Shown in pieces: positions 1-9,771 of a DNA stretch of 64,000 bases. Both the position numbers and the translations under genes were made by a program. The stretch's first letter is position 1. Each line of letters starts with the position of its first letter. This DNA is from Gallionella sp. (lineage in GTDB: Bacteria; Pseudomonadota; Gammaproteobacteria; Burkholderiales; Gallionellaceae), in assembly GCA_024641025.1 (NCBI GenBank), contig JAHEDW010000004.1, positions 617-64,616 on the forward strand. Reading direction: 5' to 3'. The notes beneath the pieces are model-generated. The model was not told the origin of the DNA. It saw only the letters and a program-made list of their open reading frames with translations, and searched no databases.

Positions 1-187
1 GTATGTCAAGCACATCGAGGTTATGCTTGCGGATCAGGTAAAGCAGCAGATCCAGGGGACCCTGAAAGGTTTCCAGTACCAACTCGAGAGCGTCTGGAGG
101 GATATAAAGATCCTGAGGCATCACAAGAAGTGGCTCACCATGAATCAGTGCCAATGGAACCGTAGTTTGAATATCAGGCTGGGTCAT
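1..187 (-). CDS. scpA: Segregation and condensation protein A (ScpA), N-terminal 62 codons; the gene runs off the left edge
   Basis: Hand translation of the reverse strand from ATG at 187 gives MTQPDIQTTVPLALIHGEPLLVMPQDLYIPPDALELVLETFQGPLDLLLYLIRKHNLDVLDI. F-x-GPLDLLL-x-LI is the ScpA N-terminal signature. Not in the ORF track because it is partial and short. Confidence 0.75.
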   Translation of the reverse strand, partial: MTQPDIQTTVPLALIHGEPLLVMPQDLYIPPDALELVLETFQGPLDLLLYLIRKHNLDVLDI

Positions 188-189
188 AT

Positions 190-405
190 TTATTGATGCT
201 TGCAGCAATCCAGTTGAAGTTGAATCGGCGGGCACGGTATGGTACCAAATGAACAGAATACGCAGCAATCGCCTGGTTTTGGGCGCAGGACCAGATGGCA
301 AGAAGTACACTCGTAAAAAAACTGGCAGGCATCAGTTGGCATCAATTCCTCTTTTGATATCCCACAATGCGGGCAAGTAATAACGGATTTCAGCAACACA
401 TTCAT
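190..405 (-). CDS. GDCCVxC-domain cysteine-rich small protein (71 aa), putative metal binding
   Basis: Contains CPHCG...DACQFFYEC..C...KPGDCCVFCSFG.IPCPP, the GDCCVxC family pattern. Its ATG overlaps the trpS stop (TAATG) and its stop lies 2 nt before the scpA ATG. Confidence 0.8.
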   Translation of the reverse strand: MNVLLKSVITCPHCGISKEELMPTDACQFFYECTSCHLVLRPKPGDCCVFCSFGTIPCPPIQLQLDCCKHQ

Positions 406-1607
406 TAGCTATAGTCCAGACCCATTGCTTCGCGTACATCACGCATGGTCTCTGACGCAAGTTTGCGAGCTTTCTCACAGCCGTCTGCAATGATGTTACG
501 CACCAATGTTGGATCGTCCAGATACAACTGAGCGCGCTCGCGCATCGGGCGTTGTTCCTCCAATACTGCATCGATTACTGGCTGTTTGCATTCGATGCAG
601 CCGATGCCCGCACTCTTGCAACCCTTCATCACCCATTGCTTCATATCCTCGCTTGAATATACCTGATGCAAAGGCCAAACTGGGCACTTGTCAGGATCAC
701 CGGGATCGGTACGGCGGATTCTTGCAGGATCAGTCGGCATTGTGCGAATTTTCTTGCTCACATTGTTTTCATCTTCCCGTAGTGTAATGATGTTGTTGTA
801 GGACTTGGACATTTTCTGTCCATCAAGCCCAGGCATTTTCGAAGCTGCAGTGAGCATCGCACGTGGCTCGGAGAGGATCATCTTGCCGCTCCCTTCCAAA
901 TATCCGAACAGACGCTCGCGATCACCGTGACTCAAACTCTGTTGCTCCTCTAGCAGGGATTTTGCAGACTCCAATGCATCGATATCTCCCTGCTCCTGAT
1001 ATCGAGTGCGCAATTCGAAGTAAAGCTTCGCCTTCTTGCTGCCAAGCCTTCTTACTGCAGCCTCGGCCTTTTCCTCGAATCCCGGTTCACGACCATAGAT
1101 ATGATTGAAGCGACGGGCGATTTCACGAGTAAACTCAATATGAGGAACTTGGTCGTCACCGACCGGCACTTGGGTGGAACGGTATATTAAGATATCAGCA
1201 CTCTGAAGCAGCGGGTAACCCAGGAAACCGTAAGTACTGAGGTCCTTTTCGGATAGCTTTTCTTGCTGGTCCTTGTAGGTGGGAACGCGTTCCAGCCAGC
1301 CAAGTGGAGTGATCATCGACAGCAGCAAATGCAACTCAGCATGCTCCGGCACCTTCGATTGAATGAACAAGGTGGATCTAGCAGGATTAACACCTGCAGC
1401 CAACCAGTCCACCACCATGTCCCACACGCTTTGTTCAATCATATGGGGCGTGTCGTAATGTGTAGTCAGGGCGTGCCAGTCTGCAACGAAGAATAGGCAT
1501 TCGTACTCATCCTGCATCTTCACCCAGTTCTTCAACACACCGTGATAATGACCCAGATGCAAATTACCGGTAGGGCGCATGCCTGATAAAACTCGTTCTG
1601 CAAACAT
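405..1607 (-). CDS. trpS: Tryptophan--tRNA ligase, long (~400 aa) form with a four-Cys motif near the C-terminus
   Basis: Class I HIGH (HLGHYHG) and KMSKS motifs. The likely start is MFAERVLSGMRPTG at 1607; the track ORF extends to 1670. C-x21-C-x6-C-x2-C lies at ORF residues 329-361. Confidence 0.93.
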   Translation of the reverse strand: MFAERVLSGMRPTGNLHLGHYHGVLKNWVKMQDEYECLFFVADWHALTTHYDTPHMIEQSVWDMVVDWLAAGVNPARSTLFIQSKVPEHAELHLLLSMITPLGWLERVPTYKDQQEKLSEKDLSTYGFLGYPLLQSADILIYRSTQVPVGDDQVPHIEFTREIARRFNHIYGREPGFEEKAEAAVRRLGSKKAKLYFELRTRYQEQGDIDALESAKSLLEEQQSLSHGDRERLFGYLEGSGKMILSEPRAMLTAASKMPGLDGQKMSKSYNNIITLREDENNVSKKIRTMPTDPARIRRTDPGDPDKCPVWPLHQVYSSEDMKQWVMKGCKSAGIGCIECKQPVIDAVLEEQRPMRERAQLYLDDPTLVRNIIADGCEKARKLASETMRDVREAMGLDYS

Positions 1608-1615
1608 ATTTCTAT

Positions 1616-2266
1616 TTATAGTCCAAAAATGAATTTGATTACTTCTGTCACCATTCTTACAAAGGGCCATAATATCAGCCCCAGCAAATTCGTTATCAGC
1701 AAGAAAATAAGAATGAACATGCCATATGGCTCGATCTTGGACAACTGGTATGCCTGCCGATGTGGCAACAAGCTTACCGCCACACGCCCCCCGTCCAACG
1801 GAGGAAGCGGCAAAAGGTTCAATACCATCAATATCACGTTAATTTGAATTCCAATCTGCGCCATTCCAAGCATCGGCTCTGCAAAATAATTTGCGGGGTT
1901 AGACCACGCAACTTTGTAGAGAAGTGCCCAAAACATCGCCATTGCCAGATTCGAAGCTGGTCCAGCAATTGCAACCCACAACATATCCTGCTTGGGCCGG
2001 CGCAAAGCGGCAAAGTTGACTGGAACCGGCTTGGCCCAACCAAATAGGATACCCCCCAACATCAGGGTCAAGAGTGGCAACAAGATCGTCCCTACTGGAT
2101 CAATATGACGCAGCGGATTCAGGGAAATCCTTCCTTGCTGATACGCAGTCATGTCACCGAAATGCCGAGCTACGTAGCCGTGTGCAGCTTCGTGCAGGGT
2201 AATTGCAAACAATACAGGGATGGCTGCAAGTGAGATAGTCTGTATCAGTTGGTCAATTTGCATCAA
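1616..2266 (-). CDS. Site-2 protease family (peptidase M50) membrane metalloprotease
   Basis: HEAAHG (HExxH) lies in the first TM helix. The protein is polytopic and hydrophobic, with an LPLPPLDGG motif. Confidence 0.85.
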   Translation of the reverse strand: MMQIDQLIQTISLAAIPVLFAITLHEAAHGYVARHFGDMTAYQQGRISLNPLRHIDPVGTILLPLLTLMLGGILFGWAKPVPVNFAALRRPKQDMLWVAIAGPASNLAMAMFWALLYKVAWSNPANYFAEPMLGMAQIGIQINVILMVLNLLPLPPLDGGRVAVSLLPHRQAYQLSKIEPYGMFILIFLLITNLLGLILWPFVRMVTEVIKFIFGL

Positions 2267-2274
2267 ATTCTCAA

Positions 2275-2904
2275 TTAATCTTCAATTCCAAACGGAGAGG
2301 GGTCTCCTTTGCCACGGCGCAGCAATACTGGTATATCTCCAGTCAAATCTATCACAGTGGTGAAATCCACACCCACCGTACCACCATCAATCACCAAATC
2401 GACTTTCTTTTGCAGTAATTCTCGGATGTACTCTGCATCGTTCAGCGGTCCCTCTTCGCCAGACAGAATCAGCGTTGAACTCAACAGCGGTTCGCCTAAT
2501 TCCTCCAACAAGGCCAGCGCCACCGGATGATCAGGGATACGCATACCGATTGTGCTTCTCTTAGGATGCTGCAAGCGCTTCGGTACTTCCTTGGTCGCCT
2601 CCAGAATGAAGGTAAAACTGCCTGGGGTGCTTGCTTTTAGCAAACGGAATTTCGTATTATCCACTCTGGCATATCGGGAAATCTCGGACAAATCACGGCA
2701 CATCAACGTCATGTGATGGTGCTCATCAAGTTTGCGGATCTGGCGTATACGCGCTACAGCCTCTCTGTCATCCAGATGACAACCCAGGGCATAGCAGGAG
2801 TCGGTAGGATACACCACAACTCCGCCTTCACGCAGTAAAGTAGCCGCCTGACGGATCAACCGCGGATTCGGATTCTCGGGGTGTATCGTGAAAAACTGCG
2901 ACAT
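2275..2904 (-). CDS. yciO: YciO / Sua5-YrdC-YwlC family threonylcarbamoyl-AMP synthase-like protein
   Basis: MSQFFTIHPENPNPRLIRQAATLLREGGVVVYPTDSCYALGC closely matches E. coli YciO as I recall it. It sits next to a PHP (yciV) gene as in E. coli. The start at 2904 overlaps the upstream stop (TGATG). Confidence 0.85.
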   Translation of the reverse strand: MSQFFTIHPENPNPRLIRQAATLLREGGVVVYPTDSCYALGCHLDDREAVARIRQIRKLDEHHHMTLMCRDLSEISRYARVDNTKFRLLKASTPGSFTFILEATKEVPKRLQHPKRSTIGMRIPDHPVALALLEELGEPLLSSTLILSGEEGPLNDAEYIRELLQKKVDLVIDGGTVGVDFTTVIDLTGDIPVLLRRGKGDPSPFGIED

Positions 2905-3779
2905 CAGGCCGCCGTCATGGAAGTAACCTGCTGCCAACTTTCCCAAACGGGGCGGCAACCAATCGGGAAATCCGGCAAACGTCCCATGTCACGGTAGCTT
3001 TCTCCGGGACCGTGAAAATCTGAACCACACGAACAGAGCAAGTCGAATTCTTCGGCATAGCGTGCAAATTCAGCGTATTGCTCAGGGGTATGACTGCCAG
3101 TCACCACCTCTATCGCCCTTCCCCCGCAATCGACGAATTCGGCAAGAAGCTCGCGCATTGTCTTTTTGCCCATACCGACACGTCCACTCATATAACGACC
3201 AGGATGAGCCAGTACTGCGATTCCACCGCTTCCAAGTATCCAGTTGATTGCATCCGGCAATGCCGACCATTGATGGGGCACGTACCCTGGCTTACCCTTT
3301 ACCAGGAAACGGTTGAAAACGCTTTTCACGTCCTTGCAGTGACCAGCTTCGACCAGAAACCGGGCGAAGTGGGTTCGGCTGATCATATTGGGATTACTCG
3401 CGTAGTTATATGCACCTTCAAGAACTCCGCCAATACCTGCCTTGGCCAATTCTTCGGACATTTTCCTTGCACGCAGACCCCGTCCGCTTCGCACTACACG
3501 CAAGCCTTCGACGAGCGGCGGATATTCAGGCGCTATGCCTAAACCAACGACATGGAGAGTGTGGCTCCGCCATGAAACGGAAATCTCAACACCGTTGATG
3601 AAAGTCATTCCATGACGAGTAGCAGCACTGCGAGCTTCATCTAGGCCATCCATATCATCATGATCTGTCAGCGCCAAAACTTTCACGCCGCGCAACGCAG
3701 CACGCTCAACAACCTCGGTCGGGGTGAGTGTGCCGTCGGAAATATTGGAATGACAATGCAAATCGTAATCCAGCATCAT
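2904..3779 (-). CDS. rnm: PHP-domain phosphoesterase (RNase AM / YciV/TrpH-like 3',5'-bisphosphate nucleotidase-exoribonuclease)
   Basis: N-terminal DLHCHSNISDGTL plus downstream HDD/H motifs typical of the PHP domain. Synteny with yciO. Confidence 0.85.
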   Translation of the reverse strand: MMLDYDLHCHSNISDGTLTPTEVVERAALRGVKVLALTDHDDMDGLDEARSAATRHGMTFINGVEISVSWRSHTLHVVGLGIAPEYPPLVEGLRVVRSGRGLRARKMSEELAKAGIGGVLEGAYNYASNPNMISRTHFARFLVEAGHCKDVKSVFNRFLVKGKPGYVPHQWSALPDAINWILGSGGIAVLAHPGRYMSGRVGMGKKTMRELLAEFVDCGGRAIEVVTGSHTPEQYAEFARYAEEFDLLCSCGSDFHGPGESYRDMGRLPDFPIGCRPVWESWQQVTSMTAA

Positions 3780-4087
3780 GCCTCTCCTCCACCCTTCTTC
3801 ATAACCTTCCCCTCTTCTGCACGCTTACGTCGTACTTCCTTGGGGTCGGCTATTAATGGGCGATAGATCTCGATGCGGTCCTTGTCACGCAACACGACAT
3901 CTGCCTTGGTCAACTTGCCGAATATCCCCAACTTATTGACCGACAGGTCTATTTCGGGATATTTTTGTAATATACCACTGGCTTGTATTGCCTCAGTCAC
4001 CCTCGTACCGGGCGCCACTTGCTGTTTAAGCAAGGTTTGCTCCCCAGGCAGGGCGTACACCACCTCAATGTTAATTTTCTCACTCAT
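3776..4087 (-). CDS. rnfH: RnfH family ubiquitin-like protein (RatB/YfjF)
   Basis: IEVVYALP...DRIEIYRPLIADPKEVRRKRAE matches the E. coli RnfH pattern. ATGA overlaps on both sides. Confidence 0.9.
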   Translation of the reverse strand: MSEKINIEVVYALPGEQTLLKQQVAPGTRVTEAIQASGILQKYPEIDLSVNKLGIFGKLTKADVVLRDKDRIEIYRPLIADPKEVRRKRAEEGKVMKKGGGEA

Positions 4088-4521
4088 TAGTCCTTGTATA
4101 CCTTCTCTGCACGTTGTATGAATGCATCAACAAATGTGTTGGCAATGTAATGGAATACTGGTCCCACCAACTTTTCCAGCAGTTTGCTGGAAAACTCATA
4201 GTGCAGCCTGAAGTCTATTTTACAGGCCGTCGGGCTTAATGGGATGAATTGCCAACAACCATCGAGATGGCGAAACGGGCCGTGCTGTAGGGTAATATCG
4301 ATCCTGTGTGGTGGTGTACGAACGTTTTCGGTTGTAAAGCTCTGTTTGATATGGTGATAATTGATATGAACTGTTGCATGAACTGTGGATTCATCCTTTC
4401 CAGCGACACTGGATCCGCCGCACCAGGGCAGGAACTGCGGGTACTCCTCCACTTTATCCACCAGATCGAACATCTGCTTCGCGCTGTATGGAACTAGTAC
4501 AGTTTTATCCACTAACGCCAT
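4087..4521 (-). CDS. ratA: SRPBCC/START-fold protein RatA (YfjG; Coq10-like, ribosome-association toxin annotation)
   Basis: Size, sequence pattern and the classic position divergent from smpB and upstream of rnfH. Confidence 0.85.
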   Translation of the reverse strand: MALVDKTVLVPYSAKQMFDLVDKVEEYPQFLPWCGGSSVAGKDESTVHATVHINYHHIKQSFTTENVRTPPHRIDITLQHGPFRHLDGCWQFIPLSPTACKIDFRLHYEFSSKLLEKLVGPVFHYIANTFVDAFIQRAEKVYKD

Positions 4522-4597
4522 TGCTTCTCAAAGTTGCGATTCCAAAGACTGATAGAATAACCGAACACACGGCAAAACTCACCTAAGTTGAGCATTA

Positions 4598-5050
4598 ATG
4601 AGCATAATACAAAACAAAAAAGCCTTTCACGAGTACTTCATCGAGGATAAGTATGAGGCCGGCATTATGCTGGAAGGTTGGGAAGTTAAAGCGATCCGAG
4701 CCGGCCGAGCCCAATTGAAGGAGGCTTACGTGATGATCAAGGAAGGTGAACTCTATCTGTTTGGCTCTCACATCAGTCCGCTGCCCAACGCTTCCACACA
4801 TATACATCCCGACCCGGTCCGCACCCGCAAACTACTGCTCCACAAAACGGAAATTGACAGGATAATCGGTAAGGTTCAACGTGCTGGTTATACTCTGATG
4901 CCGCTTGACATGCATTACAAGAACGGGCGCGTCAAACTCGAGATCGGACTTGCAAAGGGCAAGAAACAACACGACAAGCGGGCCACAGAAAAGGAACGCG
5001 AGGGTAAGCGCGAAGCGCAGCAGGCGATGAAGAAACTGAGGCGAGGTTAA
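4598..5050 (+). CDS. smpB: SsrA-binding protein SmpB
   Basis: [32 protein letters not shown]...RTRKLLLHK is the canonical SmpB sequence. Confidence 0.97.
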   Translation: MSIIQNKKAFHEYFIEDKYEAGIMLEGWEVKAIRAGRAQLKEAYVMIKEGELYLFGSHISPLPNASTHIHPDPVRTRKLLLHKTEIDRIIGKVQRAGYTLMPLDMHYKNGRVKLEIGLAKGKKQHDKRATEKEREGKREAQQAMKKLRRG

Positions 5051-5053
5051 TCC

Positions 5054-5608
5054 ATGTCTCCCATTCGATCTGCGAACCAACAAACTGCCTACCTCGCCGG
5101 CGGTTGCTTCTGGGGCATGGAAGAACTGATCCGGCGAATTCCTGGCGTAATTGAAACTGAAGTCGGCTATTCTGGCGGCGAAATTCCAAATGCAACGTAC
5201 GAAGTAGTCAAGACCGGACGCAGTGGCCATGCCGAAACACTAAAAGTCGTCTTCGACCAGACTCTACTCAGCTACCGTCATCTGCTATTCGAATTTTTCC
5301 GTATACACGATCCGACTACGATTAACCAGCAAGGCAATGACAAAGGCACGCCATATCGATCTGCAATATTTTACGTCGATGACGAGCAAAGACAGATCAC
5401 CGAGGATGTCATCAGGGCAGTGGATGCTTCTGGAGATTGGCATGCAAGAGTTGTTACCGTGGTTGAACCATTCAAATGCTTTTACCGTGCCGAGGAATAT
5501 CACCAGAAGTATCTGGCCAAGCATCCGCATGGCTACACCTGCCACTTCATCAGACGTCTAGAGTTGGGCGAAAACAGTGACTCTCTGCCTCGCCCTTCGC
5601 TATCCTAG
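5054..5608 (+). CDS. msrA: Peptide-methionine (S)-S-oxide reductase MsrA
   Basis: GGCFWG active-site motif and an EYHQ.YL C-terminal motif. Confidence 0.93.
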   Translation: MSPIRSANQQTAYLAGGCFWGMEELIRRIPGVIETEVGYSGGEIPNATYEVVKTGRSGHAETLKVVFDQTLLSYRHLLFEFFRIHDPTTINQQGNDKGTPYRSAIFYVDDEQRQITEDVIRAVDASGDWHARVVTVVEPFKCFYRAEEYHQKYLAKHPHGYTCHFIRRLELGENSDSLPRPSLS

Positions 5609-6030
5609 TTAACTAGCGACTCAGTTTCCTGAAGTAATTCACGTGCTTTTGAGGACAGGGGGTGATCAGGATTGACGGAGAGAAGCTGTTGCCAGACTGC
5701 CCGTGCTTCGGCGATTTTACCCCGAGCGTGCTGCAATAACAAACCAAGATTCACGTAGGCTTGTGCAAAATTCGAGTCATAGGCGATCGAATCGCGAAAT
5801 GCCTGTTCAGCTAGCCCGATATCCTCATTACGCCAATACATCGCACCAAGATCCGTACGTGCATTAGTCAATTCCGGGTTTAAATCAAGAACGCGCCGAT
5901 AGTAAACAATCGAGCGCGGCGCGTCGTTCATGTCGTAATACAGATTGCCAAGCGTCAAGGCGGCATCGATGTCGTTAATGTCCTGATTGAGTCGCTCCTT
6001 GAGCAGACCGATGTCATTTGTTGCATCCAT
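5605..6030 (-). CDS. Tetratricopeptide-repeat (TPR) protein, 141 aa
   Basis: Three to four 34-residue repeats with the A/Y/L pattern (LGNLYYD, AYVNLGLLL). Its 3' end overlaps the msrA stop convergently by 4 nt. Confidence 0.65.
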   Translation of the reverse strand: MDATNDIGLLKERLNQDINDIDAALTLGNLYYDMNDAPRSIVYYRRVLDLNPELTNARTDLGAMYWRNEDIGLAEQAFRDSIAYDSNFAQAYVNLGLLLQHARGKIAEARAVWQQLLSVNPDHPLSSKARELLQETESLVN

Positions 6031-6182
6031 GAATTTGATTCCTAAATATATAAATTGAATAAAGACTCTCGTATCCAGGCTAGGCGCCGGATGCGAGTTT
6101 GTAGTATATCAGGTCAAGTCAGTCGAGTGCCCCGCAAAATTCTACGGGAAACTCCAGTCATGGCTCGCTCTGGAGCATCCGT

Positions 6183-6632
6183 CTATGCCATTCCTGACAC
6201 CACCACGACTACGATTACCAGTCCGAGCGCCAAATTTACCGCGATAAGTTTGCGTATCTTACCAAGCAATTCCCCTGCTTCCTTCCAGCGTTGATTGGAA
6301 ACGTTCAAACCGAGTGGAACATACAAGGCGAAGAACACATAGACGAAGATCAGCATCATCACTAAGCCCAGCAACAGCATGATATGCACATAACTGGCCA
6401 CATGGGCCATACCGCCATACAGGTAGACCATATATAGGCCACTTGCCAATAACGCAGCTACTGCAGCCCATACCCAATGAAAGAACCGGCGGAATACGGC
6501 AACCCACAATGTCAATCGTTGTGGAGGTTCTAGCGTTTCGACCGCAGCGGGACGAAGGGCCACATAGGCAAAAAACATTCCGCCTACCCAAACCAGCACG
6601 GCAAGCAGATGTATCAGTTTGAATATCATCAT
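6183..6632 (-). CDS. Small polytopic inner-membrane protein (CopD/HemJ-like fold suspected), 149 aa
   Basis: Four hydrophobic helices with an N-terminal KLIHLLAVLVWVGGMFF helix. The family assignment is tentative. Confidence 0.5.
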   Translation of the reverse strand: MMIFKLIHLLAVLVWVGGMFFAYVALRPAAVETLEPPQRLTLWVAVFRRFFHWVWAAVAALLASGLYMVYLYGGMAHVASYVHIMLLLGLVMMLIFVYVFFALYVPLGLNVSNQRWKEAGELLGKIRKLIAVNLALGLVIVVVVVSGMA

Positions 6633-6730
6633 GGTTAGAATCCAGTCAGGTATAGATCAGGCGGCAAGATACCGCAAATGATTGCATGCTACTATCGTCT
6701 CAGGCTGCAAAACTTCCTAAATATTTTAGA

Positions 6731-7327
6731 TCACGACTGGCTGAGAGGTCGTACCGTGGAATAAAGTTCGCGAACTGGCCTGAAACTTTTGCGGTGAGCA
6801 TCACATGCGCCGTATTCGCGCAAAGCAACCAAGTGGGCTGCGGTAGGATAACCTTTGTGGCTGTCGAATCCGTAGGACGGATATTGTTCATGTAATTCCT
6901 GCATCAGTCTGTCTCGAGCCGTTTTCGCCAAGATCGAAGCAGCGGAAATCGCAGCAACTTTGCTGTCGCCTTTCACGATAGCCTGGCTGGGGATCCCGGT
7001 TTGAGGGCAGTGCAATCCATCCACCAACAACTGATGAGGCTGGATGCTCAGGGCAAGCACGGCACGTCGCATTGCCAAAAGCGACGCCTGCAATATATTG
7101 ATTCGGTCTATCTCTTCAACTTCCGCATACGCCACTGCCCAAGCCAGAGCTCGTTCGCGAATGAGGCCGGCCAACCGGTCGCGTTCACGTTCGCATAATT
7201 TTTTTGAGTCAGCCAAACCTGTGATATGGCAAGCAGGATCGAGTATCACAGCAGCGGCGCATACCGGTCCGGCCAGTGGGCCGCGCCCAGCCTCATCGAC
7301 TCCACACACCAGAATGCCTTCAGTCAT
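6731..7327 (-). CDS. rnhB: Ribonuclease HII
   Basis: [14 protein letters not shown] catalytic motif and DSKKL. Last gene of the lpx cluster, as in E. coli. Confidence 0.95.
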   Translation of the reverse strand: MTEGILVCGVDEAGRGPLAGPVCAAAVILDPACHITGLADSKKLCERERDRLAGLIRERALAWAVAYAEVEEIDRINILQASLLAMRRAVLALSIQPHQLLVDGLHCPQTGIPSQAIVKGDSKVAAISAASILAKTARDRLMQELHEQYPSYGFDSHKGYPTAAHLVALREYGACDAHRKSFRPVRELYSTVRPLSQS

Positions 7328-8471
7328 TGTTCAGGTACTGCAAGATGACATTGGCAGCCTTTTGCGCAGTGTTCTGCCGAAGTGACCGATGTAATCCAAT
7401 GAAAGTCTGCTCGAGTTCGGCAACCGCACGCTTGTCCTCGAGCAGATTCAGCAACGCCTGAGCAAGATTCTCTGGCGTTGCATCCTCCTGTATCAGCTCA
7501 GGCACAACGAACCGCCCACTCAGAATATTGGGCAAACCATAATAAGGTTGATAGCTTTTTCTTTTCATCAACCACGACGTCAACTTCGGCATTCGATAGG
7601 TTATTACCATCGGACGCTTGAGCAGTGCAGCTTCAAGTGTCGCCGTTCCAGATGCGACCAATAGAGCGTCGGCAACAATCATCGCATCTTGTGCATGACC
7701 AAAAAGAAGGGTTATCGGCAATTCCTGCGCGTGACTATCGTATAGTGCCTGCTCGAATATTGCGCGTGTTTCACGACTGATCAGAGGAACCAAAAATCTC
7801 GCCTGAGGATGCTTATGTAAAATCAGCTTGGCAGTTTCTATGTAAATTCGTGAATGCTGGCTGAGTTCGCTTTGACGACTGCCTGGCAGAAAGGTAAATA
7901 CCAAAGCTTGCTCTGGGATGCGCATTGTTTCACGCATGTTGGCACGATTGGGGTGTTCAGGAAGCATGTCAGCGAGCGGATGCCCGACATAATCCACTGG
8001 TATACCTGCTTGCTGATAGAGTACCGGCTCATGAGGGAATAGAGCCAGCATATGCGAGACCGCTCGCTTGATCTTGTGGATACGCTCGCCGCGCCATGCC
8101 CATATCGAGGGGCTAACATAATGAATTGTCGGTATGCCATGCTGCTTAAGCGCAATTTCCAAATCCAGATTGAAATCAGGTGCATCCACGCCGATGAACA
8201 GCTTAGGCCGATTGCTAAAATAATATTTTTTCAACCATTTACGGATTCCGATAATTTCTCGGAAATGCTTTAGCACTTCGACATATCCACGGACTGCAAG
8301 CTTTTCCATCGGGAATAAAACCTCCAATCCCTCTGAATGCATCTTGGGACCACCAATGCCCACGAACCTTATATCTGGCTGTGCTGCTTTCAGAGCTGCC
8401 ATCAAATGGCTACCAAGCAGGTCTCCAGATGCTTCGCCCGCGACGATGCCTATAACATTAATTTGTTTCAT
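7320..8471 (-). CDS. lpxB: Lipid-A-disaccharide synthase
   Basis: [10 protein letters not shown]-terminal motif, size and lpxA-lpxB-rnhB synteny. 8-nt overlap with rnhB. Confidence 0.95.
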   Translation of the reverse strand: MKQINVIGIVAGEASGDLLGSHLMAALKAAQPDIRFVGIGGPKMHSEGLEVLFPMEKLAVRGYVEVLKHFREIIGIRKWLKKYYFSNRPKLFIGVDAPDFNLDLEIALKQHGIPTIHYVSPSIWAWRGERIHKIKRAVSHMLALFPHEPVLYQQAGIPVDYVGHPLADMLPEHPNRANMRETMRIPEQALVFTFLPGSRQSELSQHSRIYIETAKLILHKHPQARFLVPLISRETRAIFEQALYDSHAQELPITLLFGHAQDAMIVADALLVASGTATLEAALLKRPMVITYRMPKLTSWLMKRKSYQPYYGLPNILSGRFVVPELIQEDATPENLAQALLNLLEDKRAVAELEQTFIGLHRSLRQNTAQKAANVILQYLNND

Positions 8472-8485
8472 AAACTGTTTTGGAA

Positions 8486-9256
8486 TTAGCGGATGATGCC
8501 GCGTTGAGACGCGTCAAGGAATTCAACTAGTGGAAGCAACTCGGCATGCTCGATGTGTTGTGTACGGATCGCAGCTTTTGCATCATCCAGGCTCATGCCG
8601 GACTTGTATAATGTCTTGTAGGCTCGCTTGATTGCCATGATTGCGGAACTGGAAAATCCACGCCGCTTCAATCCTTCGGAATTGATGCCATGGGGGGCAC
8701 AGGGGTTACCGGATGCCAATACATATGGAGGTACGTCCTGCAACAGGATAGTGCCCATTCCGGTAATGATATGTGCTCCGATCCTGACGAACTGATGAAC
8801 AACGGTGAAGCCACCCAAAATAGCATAATCTCCGACCTCAACATGGCCGGCCAATTGTGAATTGTTAGCAAATATGGTGTGGTCGCCCACCTGACAGTCG
8901 TGTGCGAGGTGCACATAAGCCATGATCCAGTTGTGATTTCCCAGACGGGTAATGCCTGTATCTTGGGCAGTGCCCAGGTTGAAAGTGCAGAACTCACGTA
9001 TTGTGTTGTGATCTCCGATCTCAAGCCGCGTCGGTTCATTGGCGTACTTTTTGTCCTGAGGGATTTCGCCAAGGGAACAGAACTGGAAGATTCGGTTGTT
9101 TCGCCCGATGCGGGTATGTCCGCTAATCACCACGTGAGGCCCAATAACCGTACCAGGACCTATCTCTACGTTCTCTCCAATTACCGAATATGCTCCCACC
9201 TCCACATCATCGGCGAGCCGGGCGTTCTGGTGGATGATGGACGTTGGGTGGTGCAT
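8486..9256 (-). CDS. lpxA: Acyl-ACP--UDP-N-acetylglucosamine O-acyltransferase
   Basis: Hexapeptide-repeat left-handed beta-helix followed by a helical C-terminus. The probable start [12 protein letters not shown] at 9256 overlaps the fabZ stop (TAATG); the track ORF extends to 9280. Confidence 0.94.
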   Translation of the reverse strand: MHHPTSIIHQNARLADDVEVGAYSVIGENVEIGPGTVIGPHVVISGHTRIGRNNRIFQFCSLGEIPQDKKYANEPTRLEIGDHNTIREFCTFNLGTAQDTGITRLGNHNWIMAYVHLAHDCQVGDHTIFANNSQLAGHVEVGDYAILGGFTVVHQFVRIGAHIITGMGTILLQDVPPYVLASGNPCAPHGINSEGLKRRGFSSSAIMAIKRAYKTLYKSGMSLDDAKAAIRTQHIEHAELLPLVEFLDASQRGIIR

Positions 9257-9732
9257 TACTGAACCGCTTTTATGGTACACATCAATTCCGCCTCGGCCGC
9301 AAGATCACCGTCCACCTCTGCAATTGCGCTAAACTTGAATACACCACGCTTACTTCGATCCAAGGTCACCTTAATGATCAACTGGTCGCCAGGACTGACA
9401 GGCCGCTTGAAACGCGCTGCATCGATACCTGCAAAATAATAAACCGAATTTTCATCCGGTTTGCTGCCTGATGACTTGAAAGTTAGCAGTGCAGCCACCT
9501 GTGCCATCGCTTCTATGATCAACACGCCAGGCATCACTGGGTGATGAGGATAATGTCCAGGAAAGAAGGGTTCGTTGATCGTGACGTTTTTCAAAGCGAC
9601 GATGCTCTTACCTAGATCGATCGACAGTACGCGATCCACCAACAGGAAGGGATATCGATGTGGCAAATGATCGAGAATCTCATGTATGTCCATCTGCTGC
9701 GCGGTCGAAGTTTGTTCGTTCTTGTTATTCAT
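9256..9732 (-). CDS. fabZ: 3-hydroxyacyl-ACP dehydratase FabZ
   Basis: [27 protein letters not shown] and IEAMAQ motifs. Confidence 0.96.
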   Translation of the reverse strand: MNNKNEQTSTAQQMDIHEILDHLPHRYPFLLVDRVLSIDLGKSIVALKNVTINEPFFPGHYPHHPVMPGVLIIEAMAQVAALLTFKSSGSKPDENSVYYFAGIDAARFKRPVSPGDQLIIKVTLDRSKRGVFKFSAIAEVDGDLAAEAELMCTIKAVQ

Positions 9733-9771
9733 TGGTAGTTACCTTATATCGTTTGCCTTGGCAAACCCTGT

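Noticed and set aside
4087-4521. RatA/RnfH as a toxin-antitoxin or novel system
   Set aside because: The ratA-rnfH pair divergent from smpB is a widely conserved housekeeping arrangement, identical to the E. coli layout. Nothing about it is unusual here.
4522-4597. Possible tmRNA (ssrA) gene next to smpB
   Set aside because: I looked for the GGGGCTGA...tRNA-like 5' end and the CCA-proximal T-arm around smpB and in all larger spacers. None was found. The smpB flanks are only 76 nt and 3 nt.
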